DNA of 64,000 bases from Balamuthia mandrillaris (Eukaryota), in assembly GCA_031835245.2 (NCBI GenBank), contig JAVKOQ020000113.1:1-64000 (forward strand), read 5' to 3'. The first letter of the stretch is position 1. Every line of letters begins with the position of its first letter. Below are positions 11,857 to 27,501 of the stretch, one piece after another. The translations under genes were made by a program, and so were the position numbers. The notes beneath the pieces are model-generated. The model was not told the DNA's origin. It saw nothing but the letters and a program-made list of their open reading frames with translations, and did no database searches.

Positions 11857-14800
11857 ATGGAACAGCTGCGGAAGGAGCTCAAGGCTTGGGAGCGGGCGGT
11901 TCAGGATGAGAAAGGTCACAGGCCCACCAAAACGGACATTAACAGCCAACCCGAGATAGGTTCGTAACGTGCCTATTTTTCTCCCCTGCCAGCTCGTTTG
12001 CTGATGAGCAGGTTTCGCCTCCTCTTCTCATCAGCAAAGAAATTCCAGCTCTACCGCCGACTGAAGCATGAGGAGGAACAAAGAGAGAACCAACCACCTT
12101 CTCGCTTAAGTGTTATTGCTATGGACCCTCCTAACAAGTGCGAGACCACCTACAGCATATGGAAGCCTCCGACAGGAGGCACACGCCTCTTGCGACAGAA
12201 CTCTGCTCGCTCGTTTTCCAGTAATTCAAAGAGTGGGCAGGTTCGCCGACACACACAGAAAGCGGAAGAGATCGCAAGCGCACCGCTTGCTCCTACACTG
12301 GAGCCGCTTTCGTTGGTCGCCATATCGTCTCCTGACCTGCAGCAAGCAGAAGAAGAGCCAAGCACGGAGCAAGGCAAACCCATTTGCATTGACGCCATAT
12401 TTGACGTGGTTACCGCAACCACGACGAAACGTGTGGCCACTTCCAAAAAGAGAGCAGCACGCAGTCTGAAGAGCTTTATCTCTCCTCCTTTTGCTGCCTC
12501 CTCTGCTCTATCTTCATCATCGTCTTACATTTCGGCAGACTGGTCCTCCAATGTTTCTGCGTTTGATGCTTCTGCTTCTGCTTCTGCTTCTTCTTCTTCT
12601 TCTTCTTCTTCTTCTTCTCACAAGCGAAAGAGAGCAATTGAAGCGGAACAGACAGGCGGCGAGGAGCAGCGAAACACAGAAACAAAGGACTCGCAGCAGA
12701 TGGCAGCAACTCCACCTAGAGCATCTCCACTTCTGAAGCGACAAAGGCCAAATGGCACCTCCCCAATGGCCTCGTCTAGGCTAACCTCGCTCCTGAGAGA
12801 AGAGGAGGAAATGGTACAAGAAGAGGCAAAAGAATCAGAAGATGATAAGCCGTTGTATAGAAGAAAAACTCGACGGAACAAAAGAACGGCAATAAGTTAC
12901 CGAAAGTGGAAACGAAAACGACATGTTTTGAGGTCTTATCTCTTTCTCACTCACTCACATACATACATACACACTCTCTCTTTTTCTAATGTTCCTGGGA
13001 TTGCTAATATTAACACAACAGCCATCGCAAGTCAAGTCGGCAAAAACAGAAAGCAAAGCAAGAACACGACAAAATCGCCACAAAGAATGAAGAGGAAGAA
13101 GATGTGGATGAAGCGGAATGGATGGAGTTGGCGAGTGCTGCAATTGCAGAGAATGTGTTTCGCGGTGCTAGCAACACTGCACCCGAAGCAGAGCAAAACT
13201 TAACATCGCCTAGAATTAGAACAAATCCTGGTAGTCGAGACATTGAGGCTTGTCTTTCAACTGATTCTTTGCGTGCATTGTTACAAAGTCACTTTGGCTT
13301 TACTTCTTTTCGGCATGGTATTGTTGCTCTCGATTCTACGCGATTTGTACATGCTAAATCCACACATAGGGCAGGAAGAGGCGATACGACGATGTGTAAA
13401 GGGCTTCTCAACGGTACCTATTGTCATTTGCTTTTTCAATTTATAACACGTTAAGTTTGGGGTTTTGTACGCTGGTAAAAGCTGGTGGTGACGCCTACCG
13501 GAAGCGGGAAGTCGCTCATTTTCCAATGTACTGCTATTCTGTTCAAGCAAATTTATGGTCCATCGTTAGTTCTAGTTATAGTGCCGCTGCTATCTTTGAT
13601 GTAATGCTCTCTCACCACACTCTGAATGTTGCTTCTTACCTTCAACTCGGATAATAGTCAAGACTTGTTGAAAAACTTACCTCCTTCATTACGAGGTGGA
13701 ACGCTCAATAGCCAGCAATCTGAGGAACAAAAGGCAGAGGTAATGAAAATGTTACGAGCCGGAGAGATAGACGTGTTGTTTATCTCTCCAGAGCGACTGC
13801 TGAGCAGTTCATTCATCAATGCATGTCCCTACTTTCCTCCCATTCGATTGGCCGCCATCGACGAGAGTCATTGGTAGGCTATTGTCATTCATCCAGTCAA
13901 GCCAAATGTTTCAACTAACAAACAACCCACAAAAAAAAAGCGTTACAGAGATATCTCACAACTTTAGACCATCCTACTTGCGGTTGAAGCCTGTGCTGCG
14001 CAACCTATTGAACGTACCGAGTATTCTTGCTCTTACCGGTACATTCACCTTATTTTGTTCCTTTTCGAACATCTAAAAGCTTGCTAACTTTTCTTGAATA
14101 CTGAAGCGACGGCCAACAGAAGCACACAAGAAGCCATCTTGAAAGCACTAACAATACCTAATGATAGCAATGATGGCCATTCCACAGGACTGATACTGGC
14201 ACCTTCTCCTCTATGCAACAATCTCCGTTGCACTGCGTCAAAAGATATTGAACGGCTCTCTGCTCTTGTGTCATTACTTCAGAGCCCACGCTTTTCATCC
14301 GCTACCAGCATCATTGTGTATTGTCCCACACAGAAACAGACCGACCAAGTGGCTACCTATCTATCGTATGTTGCCCACTTCTGTTTTTGTCATGTTATCT
14401 CGTTTTTTGTTTGTTTTTGTCTTTATTCTTCTTGTTATGGCGGTGTTTGCTTTGCTCATCAGTTGCTGTTACCTGACAGCTCACATGGACTGATTGCAGC
14501 ATCATACCACGCTGGAAAGTCAACAGGTCAGTTTGTATTTTATTCCTCATGGCTTCCGTTTCTTACTCTTATTTCTTTTCGCAACTTTGCAGCTGAGCGT
14601 TCGCGCCTGCAATCTCGCTTCCTTAACAATAAGCTTAAGATAATGGTGGCCACAGTGGCATTTGGAATGGGCATAAACAAGCCTGATGTAGACGGTACGT
14701 TTAAAACAAACAAATATTTGCATTCTCTGAGGGTTGTCTGACCTTATAACTTGTTTTTTTCAGCGGTGATTCACTTTGGGCTGCCTGCTAGTTTGGAGCA

Positions 14801-14958
14801 CTACATTCAAGAAATAGGTAGAGCAGGCAGGGATGGAAGACAAGCTGAATGTCATGTCTTTTTTGGTGCAGAGGACTATGCTCGGTTATGTTCCCTTTCG
14901 CATACAGACTCGGTTGACGAAAGCACAGGTTCAATCCCTCATCACTTCTTCTTCTTCT

Positions 14959-14996
<38 letters not shown>

Positions 14997-16182
14997 CTTA
15001 AACTGATCGGCTGATACGTTTGCAAAACAAGTGAAAGCATTGTTAAAGCTACTATTTGGTGGAAATGTGGGACCTTCTATTTGTGGAAAGCTATTGGCAG
15101 TTGGAATGGAGAATTGTGCAACGCAGCTCGACATCAAAGCAGAGGTTATTGGCACGCTGCTTGCTCACGTAGAAACGGAAGGTTATCTCCAAATGCTTCC
15201 AGCGGGCAACGCCACATGCAACCTTAGTTTTTACAAGCGAGAGCCCAAAGAGCTGGCCAAACACAACCGCCTCATCGCAGCAATACTGCAAGACAACAAC
15301 ACCAAACATAAGGGAGGTTCTTACAGGGTCGACCTTGCTTCCGTCTTGAACAGCAGCCAAGAGCTGGTGGAGGCAGGAATAGACATTAGTATGGTCTTCC
15401 AGGAGCTGTGGCGCCTCCAGATGGAAAAGGAAATAACGTATACTCTCGAAGACAAGTCTTTCTTTGTGCGGATATTAGGTTTGTAGTTTGTGTCCCCCGT
15501 CTATTGTGTGGTGGCAACACTCGCTAACAAGACTCGTTTGGACAGATGTACCAACGGACATTGATGCTCTTAGCCAGCGATGCTTTGAGAAAACCGAGAA
15601 ACTGGAGCAATGCAAACTGCGCAAGCTCAGTAGCATTTACAAGGTGATGGAATCAGTTGCATTCAGCTCGTTTGGGTCAGCTGCTTCTCTTTCAGAGGAA
15701 GTTACAAGCAAGAGTATGTTTTATGTTCCTACCATCTTTCTACTTCCATGAGTGGCCTAACTGATGTTGTTGTAGGTGGACTGCTGCACGAACTCATCAG
15801 TGAATACTTTACCTCTTTGCAAACCAATGGAGCAGAAACTGAAGAAGTGGAGATTGTGGGCTCTGAGAAGCAAATGCCGTTGCTTCGAAGTGACATCAAA
15901 GTGTTCTTGCGTTCTCACGATGGTCAAGTTAAGACGGGAAGGCAAGTTGCCAAAGTATTCCACGGTTCGTTTCCTTTCAACACCACGCGGTATTATCCTT
16001 TACTTAGATGTGTCACTTCATGTTGCATAGGCCTTGCTTCTCCGCAGCTACCACAAAGTGAATGGGAACAGAACTACTTTTGGGGAAAGTATCGCGATGT
16101 ATCTTTCAACCACATCCGCAAGATGGCCAACGAGGAGCTTGCCTCGCGTCGTCAATCTGCTCGCCTAACCGAACATTACTAA
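11857..16182 (+). CDS. RECQL4: RecQ4-type ATP-dependent DNA helicase with Sld2/Drc1 N-terminal domain; multi-exon
   Basis: N-terminus LRKELKAWERAVQDEKGHRPTKTDINSQPEI..KFQLYRRLK is Sld2-like. Helicase motifs FGFTSFR, PTGSGKS, ISPERL, IDESH, SHNFRPSYLRL, ATVAFGMGINKPDV, YIQEIGRAGRDG. C-terminal TGRQVAKVFHG..FWGKY. Confidence 0.92.
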
Positions 16183-16219
16183 AAAAAAAACACGGAAAGA
16201 AACGTTTCGTCTCGTATTT

Positions 16220-16524
16220 TTATTCTTTGTAACGAGAAGAGGCTGGTATTGCCGACCACAATGATCCCAACAGTAACAAAGACAATATAGCAACAGCAAA
16301 TAGCACCCAGAAAAAAGCAGACCAGCCGAAGCCCAACACTATGCTGCCCGCTGGCAACCCCGCCAAAGTGGTTCCTAACCCTGACCACATTCCACACACC
16401 CTTTTTTGAGAAACAGATTTGTGAGCAGATGCTCGCAAAGCAGCACATTGACAACAGAAGGTACCCTTGGGCAGTGGCGCGGGCACGGGAATCGGCTAAT
16501 TCCACTGCATGTAGACCCACCAAC

Positions 16525-16565
<41 letters not shown>

Positions 16566-16979
16566 ACAACAGAGTTTCCGCTATGATAAGGAGAGAAGAT
16601 AAAGAGTACCGTTTTGGGGCCATAAATAAAGAACCCAAAGATGAAGAGAGAAACGGATGTCATGGTGGCACTGTCGGAATGCTGCGTGGTGGAAATAAGA
16701 ATTAGGATAAGAGGGATACAGAAAATAAGGCATTTGGTGGCAATTCAGCCATATTACCCACAACATCCAAAAAGAAAATAGAGCTCCAAGCATGAAGATC
16801 ACGTTGGTAGGACCTCTCTTTCCTTTGGTAACGGCATCAGAGAACATGCCAGATCCTGATGCACCAAAGATGCCTCCAATCTCCAGCCAAAATAAACAGC
16901 CACCTGCTAATAGTATGCTATATCCCTTTTGCTCTACTAGAAACAGCGTCATCCTGTTGAGATTCTTAGACCTATCCAT

Positions 16980-17013
<34 letters not shown>

Positions 17014-18466
17014 CCGCACCAATCAGCGATACTTGATCGTACAACATTGACGAGGCAGCATGCCACACCCAAACGCAATAATTGAGGTTCCAAAGCACCC
17101 AGACGAACGCCATCCACGAATGAAAGAGCATCCCTTGCTGATTTCTTTTTATATACATTATATGAATCTGCATTGTGTAAATGCTCAAAACGACGTCATT
17201 TTAAAGATGAAAAAACAGAACTTACCAATGGGGGCATCCACTGGAGGAAGGCCCACTGCCCTGGGCGAGTCCTTCAAAGTCAGCCATAAACCCGCCGCCA
17301 CCGCAAATGAAATAACACTAGGCACTACCATTGCAATTCGCCAGCCATAGCTTTGTGCAACAACGACAGTAAACAATACGCGGAATCAATGATAAGCAAA
17401 CAAATAAGGTGAAGGAACAAACTGTTGGGCACAGAAGCTGGCCATCAGTGCTATTATGGCAGCACCTGCGCTCTGGCTTGTGCTAGCCAGGCCATATACA
17501 CTCCCTCTGTTCTATAACGATCACCAAGCATCGCGCCAAAAGGTGAGATAGGAAAAACAAACCAAATATATCAACTCGAATAGTACCGTTGCGGGAAACC
17601 ATTCCGTCAACAAAAGTGTGATTGGCGCCTGTTTCAAGCACAGTTAATGTCCCAAAATAAGTACGGTTGATGGGGGCTCGTTACCCAACCACCGCTCTGA
17701 ATAAGCCCATTAAAAGACCACACTAGCACAAATACCGGCACCGAATAGGCGGCAGCCATCCCCACATTCGACAGCCTAAATGGGAGCATGTCACGTGTGG
17801 TAATGTGGTACCGGGGGTCATTAAAATACTAAGCCCCCAAAAAAAAGAAAGAAAAATGGAAAGAAAAAATGGACAAAAAGGAAAAGAGAATGAAGGTGCT
17901 TTGGTGTGGTACCAACCCACAAAGGCAGAGACCATAGACCAAGGCCACAGTGGGAGAGACCCTGTCAGCAAAGTAGCCAACAAAAATCTTGCCGAGAGCA
18001 TAGCTGAGTCCCATTCCGCTGTTGATCACTCCAATCTGGTTTCATGGTAAGGCAAAGGCTGTCGTTAACAACACTTCCCCCTGTGTATAACAACCAATAA
18101 GAAGGAACAGACAAACCTCGGCTTTGGTGATGTTGGGCAGGTTTGGGTCTTCAATGACGCTCGGTATCACAAACGTGAAGCTTTTCCTGGTGAAATAGTA
18201 GCAAGTGTACCTGTTGTTGCAGTTGTTTCAACCAACCCACCCTCTTCAGTAAAACTTCTATGTTCTACTGCTGTAGATCCAAACAGGAAAAAATAAAAAG
18301 GAGAGAGAATGAACAAGGCTAACCCTACGTAAAGGCTCAAGAAAATGCAGAGCTGCCATCGCCGCATTCTGGTGGCGGTGGCGCCGTTCGACTCGAGAAG
18401 TGTAGGAGGAGAGGAAAAGCCTCCATGGGGTCCAGTGCCACCAACGCCCGGCAAAGGATGGAGCAT
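16220..18466 (-). CDS. MFS transporter, OPA family (glycerol-3-phosphate/sugar-phosphate exchanger, GlpT/SLC37-like); multi-exon
   Basis: YTCYYFTRKSF, YALGKIFVGYFADRVSP, EWFP, GWRIAMVVPS..LKDSP..VGLP, EIGGIFG..GMFSD, FFIYGP, with many hydrophobic segments. Confidence 0.8.
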
Positions 18467-18777
18467 GGCCGAGGAGGAGGAGGAGGAGGTGCTTGGAGGA
18501 AAAGAAGAAGAAGCCTCTTTGCCTGTCTTCTTTGTCGCAAATGGGAGGCGCCCACCCCCTTGGTGCACAAACTGTGCAGGGGCCGAGGAGCGTCGGCACA
18601 AAATAAGCACGAGGGGTACATACAGAAAGACCACGGAACGATCGATCCGATACATACCGAAAATTATCGATTTTTTCTATTCTTTTTTTTCCTTTTCTTT
18701 TCTTTTCTTTGCAAAAAAAAGTAGAGACAAGCGAAGAGCAGCCCCCCCTTTACGTTCCCCTCCCCTCTGATCACCAA

Positions 18778-19278
18778 ATGGCTGAGGAATCTACGCCCAA
18801 CCCAAAGGCCTTCCCGATGGCCGACTCCCAGCTCACAGTGGGTTTGCTGGACCTGGTGCAACAGGCAGCAAATTACAAGCAGCTGAAGAAGGGCGCCAAT
18901 GAGGCCACCAAGACCCTTAACCGCGGCATTGCGGAGCTCATCATCATGGCTGGAGATACCGAGCCTCTGGAAATCCTCCTCCACTTGCCTCTCCTTTGCG
19001 AAGACAAGGTACCTTCCCCCTGTTTTTTTTTTGTTTGTTTGTGTGTACCGGCACTCTCGGAGTTGTTGAGACTAACGGCTTTCTTCCTTTTTGTCCGTTC
19101 TTTCTTTCTACTCCGACTACAGAACGTGCCCTACGTGTTTGTTCCTTCCAAGGCAGCTTTGGGAAGGGCGGCTGGTGTGTCCAGGCCGGTCATTGCCATC
19201 TCCATCACCAGCAATGAGGGCTCCCAATTGAAGAACCAAATCTTGAAGATGAAGGACGCCGTGGAGACGCTGATCTAA
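18778..19278 (+). CDS. SNU13: NHP2-like protein 1 / 15.5K (U4 and box C/D snoRNP protein); one intron
   Basis: [78 protein letters not shown]. Confidence 0.97.
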   Translation: MAEESTPNPKAFPMADSQLTVGLLDLVQQAANYKQLKKGANEATKTLNRGIAELIIMAGDTEPLEILLHLPLLCEDKVPSPCFFFVCLCVPALSELLRLTAFFLFVRSFFLLRLQNVPYVFVPSKAALGRAAGVSRPVIAISITSNEGSQLKNQILKMKDAVETLI

Positions 19279-19802
19279 TAAAAAACGATCTTTGTCTGTC
19301 TATCCCTCTTTGTTTTTTCCCCCTCCCCACTACTACCACCATCTCATGCCTGCTGCGATGGTTTGCTCAACAAAGATTAGACCCAGGGTACCAGTAAAAC
19401 CAGTCATGGTGGTGTGCGCTTTGGGCCCGCTATCTATTGCACGGGCGATAAATTGTAATTGTGTGTAGTAAAGCGGCTCAATGCTTTGATAGTTTACTGA
19501 AAGTTTCAAACCACCAATCAAAAATCAAAACAGAGGCTTTATCTTACCATAAAAAGGCCATTTCTGTTGTCTTTTTCTTTGTCTCATCTCTAGCAGAGAT
19601 CTTTCACGTCGACAAAAATTCATTGCTCCGCTTTAGGGGGGGGAGGGGAGGCGATAATAATTGAGGCCTCATATCCTGCTTAGGCCGCCTTTCTTCCCCA
19701 GCGGCGACCTCTCCATTATCCAATAATTATCGCGGCGGTGCCTTTGATAGCTCTCTCTGCTGCCCACAGCAAGCAAGCAAGCAAGCGAACAAGCAAGAGC
19801 CT

Positions 19803-21038
19803 ATGGAACAACAGAGTCAAGCCAAGTACCACGCGGCTGCTGCTGCTCCTTCCTCCTCTCAACAACAGCCCTTGCCGCCGCTGCCTCAGGGTGCTGCTGC
19901 TGGCTACCAACAGCAGCCCCTGCCGCCGCTGCCACAAGGGGGTTACTACTACGCAGCACCACCCCCTCAACAAGGGGGCCAGCCCGTCTATTATTACACC
20001 CCAGCACCAGCAGGAAGCGGAGGAGCCCCACCTCCACAAGCCTACTATTACGCCGCTGCTGGCCAACAGCAGCAGCCTGTTTACTATGCTGCCCCTCCGC
20101 AGCAGCAGCAGCAACAGCGTCAGCAGCCACAGCAGCAGCAGCAACAACAACAAAGAGGACGAACGGTGGCTGCTGAGGACTACTCCACCTCAGAGGAAGA
20201 GGAGGACGGGAGTGAAAGGGCTCCCTTGTATTATGGTCAAGAGGGAGCTGCAAGTGGAAGTGGCATACCTCCTGCTGGTGCTTATGGTGGAGGCCCTGCT
20301 GCTGGTGGTGCTGGCCTAAGCGGATCGGGCCACCATGGAGTGCGTGATGGTGCTTCTAGGGTCAAGCATAAGATCACAGGCTCTCTGGAGGTGTTTGACC
20401 TGCCGCCAGAGGAACAGCTGGTTCGTTCGTTTAAGTGCAGGAAAGGCATCAAAGTGGGTCATCTCTACGTTACCACCAGCCATCTCTGTTGGGACACCCT
20501 TGTTTCTGGATTTGGCACTCGCCTTGTCATTCGGGTTCGTTCCTGCCACTTGTTTAAACTCCTCACCTTCGCCTTGTGCGTTCTCTTCTTTCTTGTTCTT
20601 CTTTTTCTTGTTCCTTTCTTGTTGTTCTTCTTCTTCTCTTCTGTTCTTCTCTTTGTTGTTCTCTCTCTGGGGGGAAGGCTGACCCTTTGAGCTTCGCTTT
20701 GTTTGGTAGATGAGCAGCATTGGTTCAATCAAGATGAAGAACGACATCGAAATCAAAGTAAAACTCCCCATGGACCCCTCCAAGAAGAAACAGGTAATGA
20801 TCTGTTCTGTGAGTCTCTTTGTGTGTCCATGTGCGTGTTCACATTCTCACCACGAGTTTTGTGGGTTTTTTTTTTCTGAAAACAGAAACAAAAGTACAAG
20901 ACATTCACGTTCAGCACCTTCAAGAATCAAGGCAGACGCCGGGAGGCGTACGACCTTATCCTTGAGCAAGCCAAGAAGAACGGGCTTGACTTCCCTCACC
21001 ACCCACCTCAAGGCACCAGCTCTGGTGAACGTTACTAA
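19803..21038 (+). CDS. GRAM-domain protein with Q/P/Y-rich low-complexity N-terminus; multi-exon
   Basis: FDLPPEEQLVRSFKCRKGIKVGHLYVTTSHLCW matches the GRAM consensus. Spliced 3' exons end at TAA 21038. Confidence 0.75.
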
Positions 21039-21251
21039 CAAGCAAGCAAGTAACCTTTGGTACCCCTTCTTTTTCCAGTTTGTGCAGTTAACAACAGGAT
21101 GGACCAACAAACATCATCAGTAGCACTTCTTTAACTGTTCTTTTTATGTATTCAGAAGTTGTAAATGGCCTGGAAGTAGCTTAAACTTTATGCTCTCCTC
21201 TTTCTTTTTCTTCTTTTACAACATGGCCATCTTGTCTTCTTTCAGAGAAGC

Positions 21252-21858
21252 TCACCTGACTACCAACACAGGTCTATCCGCATTGTTGACGAGGTAATTG
21301 CTCACGGAGCCCAGCAGCATCCGTTTGATGGCGTTGAGGCCCCTGGACCCCACCACTATGCTATCCACGTTCTCTCTCGCGGCAGCCTCCAGGATGCCCA
21401 CCCTCACGTCCTCCGTCACCTCCTCCTTCAGTTCGAGTTGCTTTGCACTCAACTTCACCAGCGAAACGCGTTAGAAGGCAACAGAAGAGAAGAGCAAACA
21501 AGTTCGAAAACGAAGAAGAAGCAGAAGAAAAAGAACGAACCCCAAGAGCCTCCAGTCGGATCTTGCTCTCAAAGAGAAGGTTCTGGACGTAGTTTTTTCT
21601 GTGCATGATCTCCTGTTTGGTGAGGTCATTGCTGATGGCTGTTAAGCTGCCTTCCTCTTCCCCTTCCTTGATAGTGGAAGGGGTGGTTGGGGTGGAGGGA
21701 GCCGCAGTGGTGGTGCCGCGCACCGAGATGAACTCGGAGGGAAGGGTCCACAAGGACATGACCAAGATGTGGTCCTCCCCTTTCTTGGCCATTCTTGCCA
21801 GGAACTCCAGCGCCTTGAAGCTTGGCTCTGAGCCATCCACACATAACATGTACTTCAT
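21252..21858 (-). CDS. Universal stress protein (UspA family); one intron
   Basis: MKYMLCVDGSEPSFKALEF ... ILEAAARENVDSIVVGSRGLNAIKRMLLGSVSNYLVNNADRPVLVVR. Confidence 0.92.
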
Positions 21859-22069
21859 CTTTTTTTTTTGGAGTCGTTGTGGTTTGTTTCTTGTTTGTAC
21901 TCTCTTCGAAGGGCAAAAACGAACAGAGAGAACTCTTTCACTAGCGTGATGAACCACCGCAACGCAAGAAGGCGTGTGGCAGAGAGACAGAGGTGCTTCA
22001 AATCGATAGAAACTAGACTGAAAGTAAACTAGTAAAGGTCCGTTCATTGATCAGCAGATGGGATTGGTG

Positions 22070-22099
<30 letters not shown>

Positions 22100-22103
<4 letters not shown>

Positions 22104-23169
22104 GCGGAGGAGCAGGGAGCCATGTCCGAGACGTCAAAGGTAGCGGGGTCAATGCCAACGCCCCACTCCTCATCGTTCTCCCAGCTCAGGAATGTGAACC
22201 CCTGTCGACCGGGATATCCCAACCACAACGGCGGTGGCTTTTGTTTGGGTGGCTGGGGAGGGGCCTCCACTTTCCCCACCGCTTCTGCTGCGCTTGGCTC
22301 CTCCTCTTGCAGCTTTTCGGTGAGGTAGTGCAGGGGGAGCTTGTCTAACTCCTCGTCAAACCCCTTGGTCAGAGAGAAGAACATGCTGAACACGACGCCA
22401 TCCCAGCGACCTCCTTTGCTGCGACGGCTCCACCGCTCCGCCCGCTTGCAGTTGAAGTGCTCGAAGGAGGCCTGGCGGCCATCCGGGTGTGTGTCGTGAG
22501 GCCGGACGGGTCGCATGCTGCGCATCCAGTCTGGAGGCGGCACGCTGTTAGGGCGATGTAACTTTATGCATTGCAACTGGCTCCATCCATTTGTTTCCTT
22601 TGGAAAGAGAACGTAGAGGTGGTCCTGTGCGTGGTGAATGCACCTTCAGCAGGGTTCTCATGAAACAGAGGAGTGTGTGAGGAGGGGAGATAGCATAGCT
22701 TTCAAACCTTCTTCCAAATCAAGCTAGTAAAGACAGGTTGAGTGAGAGGGTGAGCTTCTGACTCGCCAGCGCCGGTGCGGGAAGGCTTCCAGTAGGACGG
22801 AGGCCAGGACAACAAGCTATCCCGCCTCATCATGCGGTTCGGCCAGTCATAGTAGATAATGCTACTGCCGTTCCAATCGTCAGCGTAACCCATTGCGATG
22901 AAACTGGAGGGCCACATAGGTGGCTGTTCTGCTTCCTCGTCGTCCTCACCCTCCTCGTCCTCAGCTATATGCCCAAACTGCTGTCCTGGCTCTGCCTCCA
23001 GTTCTCCATCCTCCTGGTACTCATACTCCAGCCATATGTACTCCGCATCGTCTTGCGCAACTGCCTCGCTCAACGGGCACAGTAGGCTAGGACAAAGGCA
23101 TGCCAGTGCCAGCGCAACCACAAACCATGGTGCACCACAGCTACCTGTCCACCGGCTCTCCCTTCCCAT
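22100..23169 (-). CDS. Secreted protein of the At4g14100/ependymin-related type; spliced
   Basis: Signal peptide, an acidic stretch, then PPMWPSSF..IYYDWPNRMMRRD and PPPDWM motifs. The family assignment is from recalled motif similarity. Confidence 0.5.
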
Positions 23170-23336
23170 TTTTTCCCCTGTTGTCCAGCCACCTTTTCAA
23201 GAGAGTTCCCCGTTCAAAACCTCTCCCACATGCAAACAAGAGGTTGCGACGGGAACAATTGAAGCTTTTATCTGTCCCTTGGGCATACACTCTCCCACTC
23301 TTACCCCTTCGGGCGCAGAGGAAATCTTAATAGGGG

Positions 23337-23353
23337 GTGACGTCACTGCCAAT
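23337..23353 (+). promoter_or_regulatory. GTGACGTCAC palindrome followed by CCAAT in a divergent promoter
   Basis: The same 10-bp palindrome as at 11727, here between the secreted-protein gene and the sterol desaturase. Confidence 0.45.
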
Positions 23354-23547
23354 ACGCTTCGCCAAATGCCCCCCCCCCCCCCTCTATTGGCATAAACAAC
23401 CAACTTTTTGTATTCAGCTGTAACGTAACAGCTTCACTCCTCCTCCGAGGATAATTACGCAAAGACTTCTTCCGCTCGCGAGAGAGAAAGCAGTGGGCTC
23501 TGGCCTGTACCGCGCAACGCGTGAACGACGTCGGAAGAGGGACAAGA

Positions 23548-24481
23548 ATGGACATAGTGAGGGCGTACGTGGACGATGAAATAGTGGACAAGCACTTGTT
23601 GGGAGAGGGAGCCCCGCCGGAATGGTTCCAGAAGGGCGGCTACCTTCGGGACTTTGTGGTGCTGTTCTGGATCCAGATCGTGGGCGCCTACCTCCTCTAC
23701 TTCTTCTTCACTACCACCAGCTACTACATCTTCTTCGTGTGGTTCAAGGACACGTTCAACCCCACCTATAAATACAACGGCAAGGAGATCCGCAACGAAA
23801 TCGTAACGTCCTGCAAGGCCGTGCCTTGGTTGGCCATCATGACTGCCCCTCTCTGGGTACCCATTTCTCTTCCTTTTTTTTAAAAAAAAAAAACTCGTGT
23901 TGAACAAGGACTCACGAAACAAACGACCGATGAAGATGATAGACGAAAAGCTGACCTACAAGAACGTGGCGGACTATGGAGTGGGATACCTGCTGTTCAG
24001 CGTGGTGTGGTTCCTGGTGTTTACCGACTTTTTGATCTACTGGTTCCATCGGTGGCTGCACTACCCGCCGCTGTACCGGGTGCTTCACGCCACGCACCAC
24101 AGCTTTGTTTCCATCACGCCGTTCGCCAGCCACGCCTTCCACCCTGTGGATGGCTACATACAGGCGCTGCCCTACCACCTCTTTGTGCTGTTCTTCCCCA
24201 TGCACAACATCACGCAGTTCTGCCTCTTTATCTTTGTCAACTTTTGGACCATCTCCATCCACGACCGAGTGCGCATGGAGCGCGGCGGCGTCATCAACGG
24301 GGCTGCTCACCATACCCTCCACCACCGCTACTTTAAGTGCAACTACGGCCAGTACTTCACCCTTTGGGACAGGGTGGGCAACACCTACCTTGAGCCTGGC
24401 GATAAGCCCTCTTGGTCCTACAAGACCCTGAAAGAGGAGGCCCATCGCCGCAATGGCTTTGCCCAGGACAAACAAGATTGA
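23548..24481 (+). CDS. ERG3: Sterol C5-desaturase (lathosterol oxidase); one intron
   Basis: Histidine boxes HRWLH, HATHH and HHTLHH. TPFASHAFHPVDG, NFWTISIHD and NYGQYFTLWDR. Confidence 0.9.
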
Positions 24482-24651
24482 GGTTGCCCAATATCCGCCC
24501 CATTACTTTGTGCCTCCGGTGGTGATGCTCGGAGTATCACAGCAAAGGGAAGAGAAGACCCTTTTTCATGAGAATTCATTTAATATGCTTGTGCTACTGA
24601 ATGGATTGTGGTTGTGCTTGGTTGGCGTTATTATCGTTCGAACTTATCTTG

Positions 24652-24687
<36 letters not shown>

Positions 24688-24711
24688 AAAGAGGAGAGAG
24701 CAAAGAAGAGT

Positions 24712-26674
<1,963 letters not shown>

Positions 26675-26941
26675 CCTTCCTTCCTCCTCTGCTCTCCAGC
26701 ACTACCGAGGCCAAATGGTGCAGAAATTGTGTTGTGCGAAAAACTCCGCTAAACTCCGGGTCGAGGGTTCAGATCTTAAAGAGACAGAGGAAGCCCATCC
26801 CCCAATCCTCCCTCCCAGCCCCCACCCTTGCTTTCTCTTTCCCATTCTTGCCGACTGCACCATCAGTCAACCCTTATCGAGCAACTCGAGACGAGCAAAC
26901 CGCCGCCAGAGCACCAAGACCCACCAACACACCCATCAACA

Positions 26942-27501
26942 ATGGAGGCCCAACGAAAGAAGTCCGTACAAACCTTTGGCAGAAAGAAGACTGCCGTCGC
27001 TGTCGCCTTTTGCAAGCAAGGCCGTGGTTTGGTCAAGGTGAACGGCTGCCCTGTGGAGTTGGTGGAGCCCGAGATTCTGAGGTACAAAGTGTTTGAGCCC
27101 ATCTTGCTCTTGGGTTCCGACAAGTTCGCGGATGTGGATATCAGAATCAGGGTGAAGGGAGGAGGTTACGTGAGCCAGATCTATGGTACGCGAAACTCAC
27201 CACTCAATTGTTGTTATGATTCCGCTTCTCACGCTTTTCGCTACAGCCATTCGTCAGGCTCTCGCCAAGGCCATCATTGCCTACTACCAGAAGTGTACTG
27301 TCTTCCTACCTTCTTGCTGGCACCGCTACCTTTGCTTACCTCTATTTCCTCACAGATGTTGATGAGGCTCAAAAGAAGGAGATCAAGGACATTTTGTTGT
27401 CGTACGACAGAAGCTTGCTTGTCGCCGATCCCAGGCGCTGCGAGCCCAAGAAGTTCGGAGGACCTGCTGCCAGGGCCAGGTACCAGAAGTCTTACCGTTA
27501 A
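26942..27501 (+). CDS. RPS16: 40S ribosomal protein S16 (uS9); two introns
   Basis: [66 protein letters not shown]. Confidence 0.98.
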
